From: OM182 bacterium MED-G28
Lineage (GTDB): Bacteria > Pseudomonadota > Gammaproteobacteria > Pseudomonadales > Pseudohongiellaceae
DNA length: 64,000 nucleotides
Direction of reading: 5' to 3'
Assembly: GCA_002457215.1 (NCBI GenBank)
Contig: NTJZ01000011.1
Location: 27,009-91,008 of the forward strand
Shown here: positions 18,552 through 30,534 of the stretch, one piece after another
Position numbering within the stretch: position 1 is the first letter of the stretch
How the letters are laid out: every line of letters begins with the position of its first letter
Translations under genes and position numbers: made by a program
Notes under the pieces: generated by a model
Databases searched by the model: none
What the model saw: the letters and a program-made list of their open reading frames with translations, nothing else
Told to the model about the DNA's origin: nothing

Positions 18552-19421
18552 TTAATTAAAATTCTGTTGTGTTAATTCCCGGTGCCTTACTTGTACATTG
18601 CGGATAGATTCGACGAATTCGTTAGCAAATTTTTCGCATAGGTACACGGATCTGTGCTGTCCGCCAGTGCATCCAATGGCGACAGTGATATAACTACGAT
18701 TGTTACCTTCAAATTTTGGTAGCCATTTTTGCAGGAATTGGGAAATATCACTATACATTTCTTGGACTTCATTTTCTGAATTGAGAAATTTTATCACCGC
18801 TTCATCTAGTCCAGTTAGGGCTCGTAGAGAGTTGTCCCAATAAGGGTTGGGTAAGCAGCGGACGTCATAAATAATATCTGCATCCACCGGCACGCCATTT
18901 TTGTAACCAAACGATTGAAAAAGAAGTGCAAGTCCTGCCTCCTTATTTTTGACTAACCGATCCTTTATTAAATCTCTTAATTTATTTAAGGACATTTTGC
19001 CTGTGTCGATTGAAAGATTCGCCATAGCTGAAATTGGTTCCAGTAATTCTGATTCTTTGTCGATAGCTTCTTTTAGGCCGATTCTCTCGTCAGACAAAGG
19101 GTGCTTACGACGGGTTTCATTAAATCGCTTCATTAGCGTTTGGCTATTAGCATCAAGAAAGATAATTTCCGTCGGCAGATTTTTGGATTTAAGGTCATTG
19201 ATAATGTTTGGAACCTGTTCTAAATCTGCAGATATATTACGAGCATCGATACTCACCGCAACATTTGGAATGTCAGTTTCTCCGGTGAAAACTCTGTTTG
19301 CTAATGAGTAGAGTAAGCTGGCTGGAAGATTATCTATGCAATAGTATCCGCGGTCTTCTAGTATATGCAGAACGGTACTTTTTCCTGAGCCGGATCTGCC
19401 GCTGATAATTGTCAGTTTCAT
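18552..19421 (-). CDS. rapZ: RNase adapter protein RapZ
   Basis: Walker A GRSGSGKS and YYCIDNLP. C-terminal CTGGQHRSV motif. Confidence 0.95.
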   Translation of the reverse strand: MKLTIISGRSGSGKSTVLHILEDRGYYCIDNLPASLLYSLANRVFTGETDIPNVAVSIDARNISADLEQVPNIINDLKSKNLPTEIIFLDANSQTLMKRFNETRRKHPLSDERIGLKEAIDKESELLEPISAMANLSIDTGKMSLNKLRDLIKDRLVKNKEAGLALLFQSFGYKNGVPVDADIIYDVRCLPNPYWDNSLRALTGLDEAVIKFLNSENEVQEMYSDISQFLQKWLPKFEGNNRSYITVAIGCTGGQHRSVYLCEKFANEFVESIRNVQVRHRELTQQNFN

Positions 19422-19472
19422 TTTTTGGTGACTCTGATTAAGTTTGCAGCCGATAGGTTAGCGCCTAATTCG

Positions 19473-19922
19473 CTAGAAAAGTAGAGTGACTTTGTAAAGG
19501 TCGCTACTGTTTTGAGCTTGTCTTATTGTGGAGCAAAAATTTGGATCATTGAATAGTTCTGCGAGACCCCCCAGAGCTTTTATGTGATCGTCGGTCTTTT
19601 CTTCTGGTACGATTAGTAGAAAAATCAAATCTACTTTTTTGCCATCTATTGCATCGAAATCTATTGCATTTTCTAGCGTAATCAGTGCTCCAATAATTGT
19701 CTCGCAGTGTGGAACCCGGCAATGAGGGACTGCAATTCCATTGCCTAGGCCGGTGCTGCCGAGTTGCTCGCGCGCCATGATCGCATTAAAAATTTCATTA
19801 TCGTCGAGATTGCTAAATTGCTTACTTAATAATTTACTAATATTCTCGAGGAGCCTTTTTTTGCTGACACCTTCTATGCGACAGTAGCAGCGGTCTCGTG
19901 TAAGAAAGTCTTTCAATTGCAT
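19473..19922 (-). CDS. ptsN: Nitrogen-regulatory PTS IIA protein PtsN
   Basis: 149 aa with the phosphorylatable His motif GNGIAVPHCR. Confidence 0.9.
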   Translation of the reverse strand: MQLKDFLTRDRCYCRIEGVSKKRLLENISKLLSKQFSNLDDNEIFNAIMAREQLGSTGLGNGIAVPHCRVPHCETIIGALITLENAIDFDAIDGKKVDLIFLLIVPEEKTDDHIKALGGLAELFNDPNFCSTIRQAQNSSDLYKVTLLF

Positions 19923-19993
19923 TAAGGTGGTTCTCTTTTCTAATTATTCATCTAAAGTAGGCGCAAGGTAAGATCAGTTTAATTATTTTTGGT

Positions 19994-21523
19994 TTAACCA
20001 ATAAGACGTTTGCGTTCATTTGAAGGTGGAATAGAAAGCGATTCTCTATATTTGGCAATTGTTCTTCTTGCCACGTTTATTCCTTTGTTCTCCAATAATT
20101 CGGTAATTTTATTGTCACTTAAAGGTTTGCGAACATTCTCAGCGGCTATTATCTTCTTAAGTATTGCCCTAATCGCTGTAGATGAACATTCTCCACCATC
20201 CTTGGTAGATACATGGCTCGAGAAGAAATATTTAAGCTCATATATTCCTCGAGGTGTATGCATGTACTTTTGAGTAGTAACCCGAGAGATCGTCGATTCA
20301 TGCATGTTTACCACTTCGGCAATATCATGAAGCACTAAAGGTTTCATGGCTTCATCTCCGTATTCGAGAAAGTCTCTCTGATGTTCAACAATTCGAGTGG
20401 CAACTTTCATTAGGGTCTCGTTGCGGCTCTGCAAGCTTTTTATGAACCAACGAGCTTCTTGCAAATTGTCGCGCAAATAATTATTTTCATCGCTAGAATC
20501 CGCTCGCTTCACCAAAGAAGCATAATCACTATTAATACGAATTTTTGGCGCTGTATCTGGGTTTAGTTCAACTTTCCATCTTCCTGACTCTGCTAGCTTA
20601 GTAACTATTACGTCCGGTATCATATAAGTCGTAGATGGGGGAGAGATATTTGCACCAGGACGAGGATCGAGACTTTCAATAATCATGATGGTGTCTCGTA
20701 GCTCCTCCTCTTTTAATTTGGTCTTGCGCATTAACTGCGCGTAATCATGGTGGCCTAACAAGTTTAAATATTCTTTTACTATAAGCTTGGCATTAGCTAT
20801 TAGTTTAGAAAAATTTGAATCATCAATTTGATTGAGCTGAATCGATAAGCATTCCGACAAGTCTCTGTAACCAACACCAATGGGATCAAACTGTTGGATT
20901 CGATGAAGCACAGCAACTATTTCGTCTAATTCGATTTCTAGTTCAGATTCGAAACCTGCATTCATAGACTCAACTCCAACAGTTAGCATGCCATTGGCAT
21001 CAATTGCATCTATGATGGCAAAACCAATGCTTTTGTCTTTCTCGGACATTGGCGTTAAGTTAAGTTGCCATAATAAATGATCTTGGAGTGTGTCAACGGT
21101 TGTATTTCTGGATTCGTAATCTATAGAGTCAGAATCATAGGAATTAGAGGCAGAATATGTGCTCGGGTAAATATCATCCCAGTTGCTATCAACAGCTAAA
21201 TCTCCAGGCATCTCTTCTTGCCAGTTGCTGTCATCTCCATTTAATACTTGCTCGTCTGTAGGTTGTTCTGAATTCCTTTCAGATGTCTGCTCAGAATTTT
21301 CAGACGTAGACTTGTCAGCCGATTGAGTATTGGATTCTTGGCTAATGCCAGACTCATCTTCGTCACTATTCTCAATTAACTCAAGCATTGGGTTGGACTC
21401 CAGTGCTTGGTGAATTTCTTGTTGTAGATCTAAGGTTGAAAGCTGAAGAAGTTTAATTGCTTGCTGCAGCTGAGGAGTCATTGTTAACTGCTGACCTAGC
21501 TTTAGCTGAAGCGAAAGTTTCAT
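19994..21523 (-). CDS. rpoN: RNA polymerase sigma-54 factor
   Basis: 509 aa with a Gln/Leu-rich region I and an acidic linker. C-terminal RpoN box [10 protein letters not shown]. Confidence 0.95.
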   Translation of the reverse strand: MKLSLQLKLGQQLTMTPQLQQAIKLLQLSTLDLQQEIHQALESNPMLELIENSDEDESGISQESNTQSADKSTSENSEQTSERNSEQPTDEQVLNGDDSNWQEEMPGDLAVDSNWDDIYPSTYSASNSYDSDSIDYESRNTTVDTLQDHLLWQLNLTPMSEKDKSIGFAIIDAIDANGMLTVGVESMNAGFESELEIELDEIVAVLHRIQQFDPIGVGYRDLSECLSIQLNQIDDSNFSKLIANAKLIVKEYLNLLGHHDYAQLMRKTKLKEEELRDTIMIIESLDPRPGANISPPSTTYMIPDVIVTKLAESGRWKVELNPDTAPKIRINSDYASLVKRADSSDENNYLRDNLQEARWFIKSLQSRNETLMKVATRIVEHQRDFLEYGDEAMKPLVLHDIAEVVNMHESTISRVTTQKYMHTPRGIYELKYFFSSHVSTKDGGECSSTAIRAILKKIIAAENVRKPLSDNKITELLENKGINVARRTIAKYRESLSIPPSNERKRLIG

Positions 21524-21736
21524 GAATGGGTTTACTTAAAGTAAGAGCGTAAGCTTAAGGTGGATATCGGATACATATGCCAAGATTAGATGCATGTCCC
21601 TAGAGCGGAATAGTATAGCAAGATTCATGCCTGGGTTGCATAGTATATCGCGAGGCTTTTGCGGTGCCGAAAGAGGCAGCTTATTAGAAATTTGAACGTG
21701 GGAATATGAATCGTTTGGGAGTAGAAAAACGGATTT

Positions 21737-22456
21737 TTAGATTTTAAATTGATCACCAAGATAGACTTCTCGAACTTTTTGATTGTCTAGAATTTCTTCA
21801 GCCGTCCCCTCAGAAATTATTTGGCCTTCACTAACAATATAGGCCTTCTCGCAAATATCCAGTGTTTCTCGAACATTGTGGTCGGTTAACAAAATTCCAA
21901 TATCGCGGGTTTTTAAGTGTTGAATAATTCTCTTGATATCGCTTACCGATATTGGGTCGACACCAGCGAAGGGTTCATCTAATAGAATAAATTTTGGATC
22001 AGTCGCCAATGTTCTAGCAATCTCAGTTCGACGACGCTCCCCGCCAGACAAGCTCATTCCTTTGTTATATCGGATATGTTGAATATTAAACTCGTCCAAC
22101 AGAGTCTCCAACTTCCTCTGTTTTTCTGAGCTGCTTAGATCTTGGCGAGTCTCTAAAATGGCGAGGATGTTATTCTCCACTGTTAAAGCTCTAAAAATAG
22201 ATGAATCTTGTGGCAGATACGAAAGCCCGAAACTAGCCCGCTTGTGTATAGGAAGTGAAGTAAGTTTGTTCTCATTTATAAATACGTCACCGGAATCGGC
22301 TTTAACTAAACCGACAATCATATAGAAGCAAGTCGTTTTGCCAGCGCCATTGGGTCCTAGTAAGCCAACAATTTCACCTTTCTTAACACTAATCGAAACG
22401 TCTCTAACTACTTCTCGATTTTTGTAACTTTTTGCAAGATTCGTGACTTTTAGCAT
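21737..22456 (-). CDS. lptB: LPS export ABC transporter ATPase LptB
   Basis: Walker [10 protein letters not shown], signature LSGGERRR, and Walker B ILLDEP. Confidence 0.95.
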   Translation of the reverse strand: MLKVTNLAKSYKNREVVRDVSISVKKGEIVGLLGPNGAGKTTCFYMIVGLVKADSGDVFINENKLTSLPIHKRASFGLSYLPQDSSIFRALTVENNILAILETRQDLSSSEKQRKLETLLDEFNIQHIRYNKGMSLSGGERRRTEIARTLATDPKFILLDEPFAGVDPISVSDIKRIIQHLKTRDIGILLTDHNVRETLDICEKAYIVSEGQIISEGTAEEILDNQKVREVYLGDQFKI

Positions 22457-22458
22457 TG

Positions 22459-22974
22459 TTAATTAGACTGCGGGCTCAGCATTCCCTGGCAAGGGCCAGT
22501 TGCTTCGCGAATTAAATCCTGGTCAGCAATATATATAATTGCAGCACAACTCATAGTAGAGTCAGGAGATTCAATATTAGCATTACCGACGAGTTCTAAA
22601 ATCGTTTCATCTAACTCGTCGGAGTAAAACACTAGGGTATCACTCGTGCCAGTAACCAAATTTCCATCTTCATCGAGTTGTTGCTGGTATTGGACCGGAG
22701 ATCCGCGAACTGTAACCTTGGTAAGTTCATTTGTGGAAACCAAGTATTCAAAAATAGCTTCAGAGCCAATGATCTTCAACGACCCTTGCGTAACTTTTAC
22801 ATTCTCACTCATTTCCAAGATTCGTGTATTGCCATTTATGCGCATGATTGATCCACCATCAGAGCTCCAGAGCACCTGCTGCTGACGATCGGTTTCCAAT
22901 GCTCTAATCGGTACCGACAGAAAAAACCCTAGAATCGTAGACAATATCAGAGCCTTAATTATTGGTCTTCTCAT
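22459..22974 (-). CDS. lptA: LPS transport periplasmic protein LptA
   Basis: OstA-like beta-jellyroll sized protein with a signal peptide, positioned between lptC and lptB. An internal ATG at 22974 was chosen ([12 protein letters not shown]...). The track start is 22992. Confidence 0.8.
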   Translation of the reverse strand: MRRPIIKALILSTILGFFLSVPIRALETDRQQQVLWSSDGGSIMRINGNTRILEMSENVKVTQGSLKIIGSEAIFEYLVSTNELTKVTVRGSPVQYQQQLDEDGNLVTGTSDTLVFYSDELDETILELVGNANIESPDSTMSCAAIIYIADQDLIREATGPCQGMLSPQSN

Positions 22975-23542
22975 AGTATCCTCGAATATCACGATGAAAT
23001 ATTATTTTGTCTATTTTAAGATCAGCGAACATGCCTGTGGAAGATTGTTGTAATGTGGAAGTTACAAGCCTTATAGCTTGGTTGGTTTCCAAAGTTTTAT
23101 TTTGTGGGTTAAGCTCGAGAAATTCCGTGGACATGACAGTACGGTTACCAAAATTATCAATACTAAAAACTTCCACATTCCCTGACAATTCAATATTTCT
23201 ATTTTCTATTGTATTCTCAGTTAAATCAGCAGGAATTCGACCGTTGTTAGCTACGATATTCCAGCGGGATTTTCCATCCTGAAAAAGTCGAATAAATGGT
23301 TTCTCTAGTTCTGTGTGATTATCATTGTAATGAGTCTGGTTTTTGGCTCGGAGTGTGTAATTAATATCACCTTCAAGGTTATAAAGGACCGTATTGAACC
23401 CTTCTGAATAAACGTTATAGTCGAGCATGGTGAAACTGCCTGTATCTTCGAGGTTGACGGAAACACTGTCGTAAGCTGATATTGCTAGGAAAATCAAGAT
23501 CGCAAGTAGACTTGGGATAAGAAGCAGCTTATGACGTTGCAT
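22955..23542 (-). CDS. lptC: LPS export system protein LptC
   Basis: 195 aa with a single N-terminal TM anchor. Synteny kdsC-lptC-lptA-lptB. Confidence 0.8.
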   Translation of the reverse strand: MQRHKLLLIPSLLAILIFLAISAYDSVSVNLEDTGSFTMLDYNVYSEGFNTVLYNLEGDINYTLRAKNQTHYNDNHTELEKPFIRLFQDGKSRWNIVANNGRIPADLTENTIENRNIELSGNVEVFSIDNFGNRTVMSTEFLELNPQNKTLETNQAIRLVTSTLQQSSTGMFADLKIDKIIFHRDIRGYYEKTNN

Positions 23543-23649
23543 TACTTTCTCAATATGGGTTTTCTAGGAAGCTTATCATGAATGTTCCAAATTAGAGGAG
23601 CCTTCAGCGATCACTTGACTTGCGGGATAGAGAACTATCGATAACAGAG

Positions 23650-24177
23650 CTAAATAAAGTTGTCGTTTTTGTTTTGGCTTTTGATTATAAAGTCAGTTAT
23701 TTCTCGAACTGCTCCAGAGCCTCCAGCCGATAGTGTTACGGCTGCTGCAGCTGCTCGCACGTCTGAATGGCCGTTCGGTACCGAGAAGCCTAAGCCGACA
23801 GATTGGATTGCTGGTAGGTCAGGTAGGTCGTCACCCACATAGGCAACTTCTTCTAGCGGGTAGTCTTTGTCGGCGACTATTTCATTTATAGCTTGTAATT
23901 TGTCTTCGCGGCCCTGATAGATTATCTCGATTCCGAGATCCTTGGCTCGTTTTTCAACGAGCAGCGAAGTCCGTCCTGTTATTATTCCAACATCGACTCC
24001 AGTACTGAGTAGCATTTTAATGCCGTGACCATCGAGAGAATGAAACGCCTTAGTTTCTTCGCCAGAATTAGAGAAATAAAGTCGGCCGTCTGTTAAAACA
24101 CCGTCGACATCTAGTGCGAGTAATTTAATTTTACTTGCGGCATTTTTTAAGGACTCTTGTTCTAGATTAGACTGCAT
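23650..24177 (-). CDS. kdsC: KDO 8-phosphate phosphatase
   Basis: HAD motif LALDVDGVLTDG and a GDDLPD motif. Downstream of kdsD. Confidence 0.9.
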   Translation of the reverse strand: MQSNLEQESLKNAASKIKLLALDVDGVLTDGRLYFSNSGEETKAFHSLDGHGIKMLLSTGVDVGIITGRTSLLVEKRAKDLGIEIIYQGREDKLQAINEIVADKDYPLEEVAYVGDDLPDLPAIQSVGLGFSVPNGHSDVRAAAAAVTLSAGGSGAVREITDFIIKSQNKNDNFI

Positions 24178-24183
24178 AGTGAG

Positions 24184-25170
24184 CTAAACAACATTGGCAT
24201 CGAGTAGATCGTGCATTTTAATTATTCCTTCAATCTTGTCATCGTCATTTTTGACAATTAGCACATAGACATTTGAGGTTTGCATTATATTTGCTGCTTC
24301 TGCAGCGAGAGCATTGCTATAAATAGATTTGTAGGAGGTGGACATTACATCTCTAACAAGTGTAGTTCGTATATCTTTGTCCAAACTTAGCATACGCCTC
24401 AAGTCGCCATCAGTGAATACGCCTTCTAGCAGGTTCTGTTCATTAAAAACGGTCGTCAGTCCGAAGCCTTTCTTGCTCATTTCGACTAAGGCATTTGCTA
24501 AAGTTGCTGTGGCTAGAACTTTGGGGATTTCCTCACCGCTGTGCATTACGTCTTTCACTTTAACAAATAATTTTCTACCGAGATTCCCACCAGGATGAGA
24601 GAACGCAAAATCATCGCTGGTAAATCCCCGCGCCTCAAGTAATGCCATAGCAAGTGCGTCACCTAAGACTAAAGCAACGGTGGTGCTGGAGGTCGGTGCT
24701 AGGCCGAGAGGACAAGCTTCTTCCTCCACCTGACCATCGATATTGACAGAGGCTGCTGCTGCAAGTGCAGAGTTCTTATCGCCCGTGATGGTAATTAGTG
24801 AAATTTTCTTCCGTTTAAGGACCGGCAGCAAATTAGTGATTTCTTCAGTTATCCCAGAATTGGAAAGCGCTAAAACAACATCTGCAGAGGTAATCATTCC
24901 GATGTCGCCATGGCTGGCTTCAGCTGGGTGGACATACATGGAAGGAGTGCCGGTGCTAGCAAGGGTTGCTGCAATTTTTCTTCCAATATGACCAGATTTT
25001 CCCATCCCAGTCACCACTACTCTACCTTGACAGTTTAATATTATTTCGCAGGCATCTTCGAAGTCCCGACCAATACGTGTTTTTAAGGCAATAATTGCAT
25101 TACTTTCTATTTCAATTGCTCTAAGGACGCTGTTAATTACAGAGGTTTTCTTTGAGTCGTCGGTAGTCAT
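24184..25170 (-). CDS. kdsD: Arabinose-5-phosphate isomerase
   Basis: SIS domain (VVTGMGKSGHIGRKIAATLASTGTPS) plus tandem CBS domains. 328 aa. Confidence 0.95.
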   Translation of the reverse strand: MTTDDSKKTSVINSVLRAIEIESNAIIALKTRIGRDFEDACEIILNCQGRVVVTGMGKSGHIGRKIAATLASTGTPSMYVHPAEASHGDIGMITSADVVLALSNSGITEEITNLLPVLKRKKISLITITGDKNSALAAAASVNIDGQVEEEACPLGLAPTSSTTVALVLGDALAMALLEARGFTSDDFAFSHPGGNLGRKLFVKVKDVMHSGEEIPKVLATATLANALVEMSKKGFGLTTVFNEQNLLEGVFTDGDLRRMLSLDKDIRTTLVRDVMSTSYKSIYSNALAAEAANIMQTSNVYVLIVKNDDDKIEGIIKMHDLLDANVV

Positions 25171-25183
25171 AAGTATTCGTGAT

Positions 25184-26143
25184 TTAACTTTGTGTCTGAA
25201 ATAGCATAACCGTAAACCAGCAACAATAGATTAACAAGAAAATAGCGCCGTGGACGCGGCCAATCATCTTTTGTTTCTTAATGCCGCGATAACAAATATA
25301 AGATAGTAATAAAGTCAGAATTAGTACACCGGTGTAATCACGATAAAGAAGAAAGGGGTCGACGGAGCCAGCGCTCAATAGACCAGGGAATGGTAGAACC
25401 GCCAAAAAATTCAAAATATTTGACCCTATTATATTTCCAATCGCTAAATCATCGTGCCCTTTAAGTACAAAAGTAACAGATGCTGCTAATTCTGGGAGAC
25501 TGGTCCCAAGAGCTACAATGGTTAAACCAATAATTGCGGCTGAAACATGCAAATTCTCAGCTATTGTTGAGGCTGCTTGAACAAGTGCTTCCGCACTTAA
25601 TATCAAAAGTATTAATCCCAACATCAAATAGGCGAACGCTTGAATGCTATTAATTTCTGTTAATTTTAAGTCTTCAGTTTCAGGCGCATTGCCAGAGCGT
25701 GAGCTTTGTTTGTAAAGCCTGTAACCTAAAAAACCAGCTATACTAATTAGTATTGCAGCATCAAAGTAACCCAGATGCAGGTCTATCAATACTGCTCCAG
25801 TAACTATAGTTACAAGAAGGAGTGCGGGAAGTTCTTTGCTTGCCAGAGATTCCGGAGGCTTAAGAGGGCTAATCATTGCCGCTACGCCCAGTGCAACCCC
25901 TACATTAAACAAATTGGATCCAAGAGCATTGCCAATAGCTAGTTCCGGTTTGTCTTCAAGAGCGGCTATTGCAGAGGAAAATATTTCGGGGGCAGAGGTG
26001 CCGAAAGCAACGATGGTAAGGCCAATCATTAAGGGTGAGACCCCTAAGTTTCGCGCTAGAGCAGACGCGCCAAAAACAAACTTGTTCGCCCCCCAGATCA
26101 ATCCAATAAATCCAAGGACGATAATGACTGCAGCAAGGAACAT
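25184..26143 (-). CDS. yrbG: Calcium/sodium antiporter (CaCA family, YrbG-like)
   Basis: 319 aa with two alpha-repeat motifs (GTSAPEIFSS and GTSLPELAAS). Polytopic. Confidence 0.85.
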   Translation of the reverse strand: MFLAAVIIVLGFIGLIWGANKFVFGASALARNLGVSPLMIGLTIVAFGTSAPEIFSSAIAALEDKPELAIGNALGSNLFNVGVALGVAAMISPLKPPESLASKELPALLLVTIVTGAVLIDLHLGYFDAAILISIAGFLGYRLYKQSSRSGNAPETEDLKLTEINSIQAFAYLMLGLILLILSAEALVQAASTIAENLHVSAAIIGLTIVALGTSLPELAASVTFVLKGHDDLAIGNIIGSNILNFLAVLPFPGLLSAGSVDPFLLYRDYTGVLILTLLLSYICYRGIKKQKMIGRVHGAIFLLIYCCWFTVMLFQTQS

Positions 26144-26374
26144 ATATCGTAAATTATAGAGATTTTGATGAAGCGCGCAATTAGAAGGCTCTTTGTCTTG
26201 CTTTGCAAGTAATAATTTATTGAAGTTCCCAATTCATGTACACTGGCCACAGTTCCTCCGGGTTCATTCAGCATTAAGGTCTTAATGCGCAATATCAAAA
26301 GTGGAAGCTGACTGGAATTATTTCCATAGCGGCATCAAACAAGGTGCCTCCAGCTTAATTGTGGAGATAAACAT

Positions 26375-26977
26375 ATGAAATCAATGAGTAAAGTTGCATT
26401 ACCCTGGTTCATTGTTCTAGCTATGACAGGAGTAGTAAATGCCCAGCAGATGTCAGCTGTTGGAACGGCTGAACTTGGTGTGAATACCCTGCTCGAGACT
26501 GTCGCTGAATCTAAGGATCTCTTTCTGTCAGATAGGGATCGCTATTTTGCTAATGTAGAGGCTGTGTTAAACACTTTTGTAGATTTTAACGCGGTTGCTG
26601 AAGTAGTTATGAATCGTTTCGCTGATGGTGCCTCAGTTGATCAAACAGAAAGGTTTGCCGATATATTACGCAGCACACTAACCCGCTTTTATGGCGCTTC
26701 ATTAGCGAGTTACAATGGTGAGGAATTAGTCTTTCTGCCATCGAGCAACGCAGGTGATGATCCAAGAGCAGATACTGTGGTAGGCATGGAGCTTAGAGGG
26801 AGCGATAGCAATCTTCGCTTGCAGTACCAGATGTTCATAAATGAAAATGATGAGTGGAAGTTAAAAAATTTAAGCCTTGCAGGAATTAATTTAGGGCGAC
26901 AATACTTTGGTCAATTTTCAGCGCTAATGTCGGAGCACGACAACGACATTGATCTTGTCTTAGATAATTGGCAGTAA
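26375..26977 (+). CDS. mlaC: Phospholipid-binding periplasmic protein MlaC (Ttg2D family)
   Basis: 200 aa with a signal peptide. The family-like pattern is ...FVDFNAVAEVVMNRF...FADILRSTLTRFYGASLASYNG...EWKLKNLSLAGINLG. Immediately upstream of ibaG-murA. Confidence 0.8.
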   Translation: MKSMSKVALPWFIVLAMTGVVNAQQMSAVGTAELGVNTLLETVAESKDLFLSDRDRYFANVEAVLNTFVDFNAVAEVVMNRFADGASVDQTERFADILRSTLTRFYGASLASYNGEELVFLPSSNAGDDPRADTVVGMELRGSDSNLRLQYQMFINENDEWKLKNLSLAGINLGRQYFGQFSALMSEHDNDIDLVLDNWQ

Positions 26978-26990
26978 ATCGGAGTCGATC

Positions 26991-27227
26991 GTGGGAACTA
27001 ATGAAATTAAGCAGCTTTTGTTGGCCGCATTGCCAAATTGCGAGATCAGTGTCGAAGGGGGTGAAGGGAAATATCTTGTTTCCGCAACCGGCGATATTTT
27101 CGAAGGCTTGAGTGCAGTGCAACGGCAACAGACCATTTACAAAATTCTTAATGAGCAAATTTCGAGTGGTGTTATTCATGCAGTTTCCATGAAATTGCAG
27201 ACCCCTGCTGAAAATTTAATTTCTTAA
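26991..27227 (+). CDS. ibaG: BolA-family protein IbaG/YrbA
   Basis: 78 aa, GTG start, BolA-like fold pattern (...FEGLSAVQRQQTIYKIL...IHAVSMK). Directly upstream of murA. Confidence 0.8.
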   Translation: MGTNEIKQLLLAALPNCEISVEGGEGKYLVSATGDIFEGLSAVQRQQTIYKILNEQISSGVIHAVSMKLQTPAENLIS

Positions 27228-27246
27228 ATGTGATTTCCAGAATTAG

Positions 27247-28515
<1,269 letters not shown>

Positions 28516-28554
28516 TCAAACTGATTTAAGAGTTTATTCAAATTAGAAAAAATC

Positions 28555-29193
28555 ATGAAATCTACAAACTTAGTGATTGCGCTCACCAAGGGGCGTATTT
28601 TAAAAGAAACACTTCCTTTGTTGGCGGCAGCGAATATTGAACCTGTGGAAGATATAACCCAAAGTCGAAAATTGTTGTTTGATACCAATCTCGACAATAT
28701 AAAACTTATGGTTGTTAGGGGTTCTGATGTGCCTACTTATGTAGAATTTGGAAGTGCTGATATGGGTGTTGCTGGCAAAGACTTAATTCTAGAGCACGGC
28801 TCTGACGGATTTTATGAACCTCTTGATTTGCGGATTGCAAAGTGCCGTTTGATGACGGCAGAGCCCATGGTTCCGAGCAGTACTTCGGATACGCTAAAAG
28901 TTGCCACCAAATTTACTAATATTGCAAAAAAATATTTTGCCGAACAGGGGCAGCAAGTCGAGTTAATTAAACTTAATGGAGCGTTAGAACTTGCACCTTC
29001 ATTGGGATTGGCGGACTTGATTGTTGACATCGTTGAAACGGGACAAACCTTAACAGCGAATAGAATGGAACCGAGGGATCTTATAGCTAATGTTTCTTCC
29101 CGAGTTATAGTCAATAAAGCATCCATGAAGATTAAAAACGTGATAATTCGCGATATTCTAAGGAAGCTGAATGCTGCAGTTAACAAAAGCTAG
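28555..29193 (+). CDS. hisG: ATP phosphoribosyltransferase, short form (HisZ-dependent type)
   Basis: 212 aa with LVIALTKGRI...RGSDVPTYVEFGSADMGVAGKD motifs. It lacks the C-terminal regulatory domain. Confidence 0.95.
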   Translation: MKSTNLVIALTKGRILKETLPLLAAANIEPVEDITQSRKLLFDTNLDNIKLMVVRGSDVPTYVEFGSADMGVAGKDLILEHGSDGFYEPLDLRIAKCRLMTAEPMVPSSTSDTLKVATKFTNIAKKYFAEQGQQVELIKLNGALELAPSLGLADLIVDIVETGQTLTANRMEPRDLIANVSSRVIVNKASMKIKNVIIRDILRKLNAAVNKS

Positions 29194-29211
29194 ACCGATT
29201 ACTAAATTCTA

Positions 29212-30534
29212 ATGAGCAAGCTAACTAATTCAATCACACGTCTATCTACCACTGCTTCTAATTTTGAGCAGCAATTAAATCAATTATTGCGGCGTGAAAT
29301 GTTGGTGGAGAAAAAGGTGACAGAAGCTGTCAGAAAAATTCTAGCCGATGTAAAACTTCGAGGGGACCAAGCCGTAGTTGATTTCACTAACCAATTTGAT
29401 GATTACAAAGTGCAGTCAATAAAGGAATTAATTGTTTCTTCCGACCAGTTGCAGAACTCCTTGGGAAGTCTATCGAACGAGCAGCGGCAATCTCTGACTC
29501 ATGCAGCGGAGCGCATTAAAAGCTACCACGAAAAGCAAAAGCAAAGTTCCTGGCAATATAAAGAAGCTGACGGCTCAGTCTATGGTCAAAAGATTAGCCC
29601 TCTCGAAAGAGTAGGTGTATATGTGCCGGGTGGGAAAGCAAACTATCCCTCTTCGGTTCTGATGCTCGCCATACCAGCTCAAGTGGCAGGGGTTAGTGAA
29701 ATAATTGCTACAGTTCCTACTCCCTATGGTGATGATGGCAAACTAATATTTGCAGCAGCGGCCTTAGCTGGCGTCAGCCAGCTTTATACAGTGGGGGGCG
29801 CTCAGGCCATAGCAGCTTTAGCCTATGGAACCGAGACTATTCCGAGGGTGGATAAGATCGCTGGTCCAGGCAATGTTTTTGTCACGGCGGCTAAAAAAAT
29901 GGTTTTTGGGGACGTTGGTATTGATATGGTTGCTGGCCCTTCTGAATTGACAATCATTTGTGATGGCAAAACAGATCCTGATTGGATTGCAATGGATCTA
30001 TTTTCTCAGGCTGAACATGACGAGCAAGCGCAATCTATTTTGATTTCAATCGACGAAGAATATTTGGATGCAGTTCAAGTGAGTATTGACAAATTATTGC
30101 CAAAGATGGAGCGGGCAGAGATTATTCAAACATCTCTAAAGAATAGAGGCATATTGATTTCTGTAAAAGATATTGAGGAGGCAGTATTAGTAAGTAATTT
30201 AATTGCGCCCGAGCACTTGGAAGTCTCTGTAGATGATCATGATGTTATTTTGGAAGGCATCAAAAACGCCGGTGCGATATTCCTTGGTCGATATAGTGCG
30301 GAAGCGCTTGGAGATTATTGTGCGGGCCCCAGTCACGTGTTGCCTACCTCAGGAACGGCCCGATTCTTCTCTGCACTCGGTGTCTACGATTTTCAAAAAC
30401 GTAGTTCGATCATTAATTGCTCGGCAGAGGGTGCTCAAAACTTAGCAGTTACCGCGGCAGAGTTAGCTCGAAATGAGCATCTGCAGGCACATGCTCTTTC
30501 TGCAGAATATCGATTAAGGAAAAATTCAGATTAA
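29212..30534 (+). CDS. hisD: Histidinol dehydrogenase
   Basis: 440 aa with motifs [26 protein letters not shown] and [10 protein letters not shown]. Confidence 0.95.
   Translation: MSKLTNSITRLSTTASNFEQQLNQLLRREMLVEKKVTEAVRKILADVKLRGDQAVVDFTNQFDDYKVQSIKELIVSSDQLQNSLGSLSNEQRQSLTHAAERIKSYHEKQKQSSWQYKEADGSVYGQKISPLERVGVYVPGGKANYPSSVLMLAIPAQVAGVSEIIATVPTPYGDDGKLIFAAAALAGVSQLYTVGGAQAIAALAYGTETIPRVDKIAGPGNVFVTAAKKMVFGDVGIDMVAGPSELTIICDGKTDPDWIAMDLFSQAEHDEQAQSILISIDEEYLDAVQVSIDKLLPKMERAEIIQTSLKNRGILISVKDIEEAVLVSNLIAPEHLEVSVDDHDVILEGIKNAGAIFLGRYSAEALGDYCAGPSHVLPTSGTARFFSALGVYDFQKRSSIINCSAEGAQNLAVTAAELARNEHLQAHALSAEYRLRKNSD

Noticed and set aside
18200-18559. 119-aa plus-strand ORF.
   Set aside because: It is antisense to ptsO. 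The ptsO product has the HPr active-site motif and the correct operon context.
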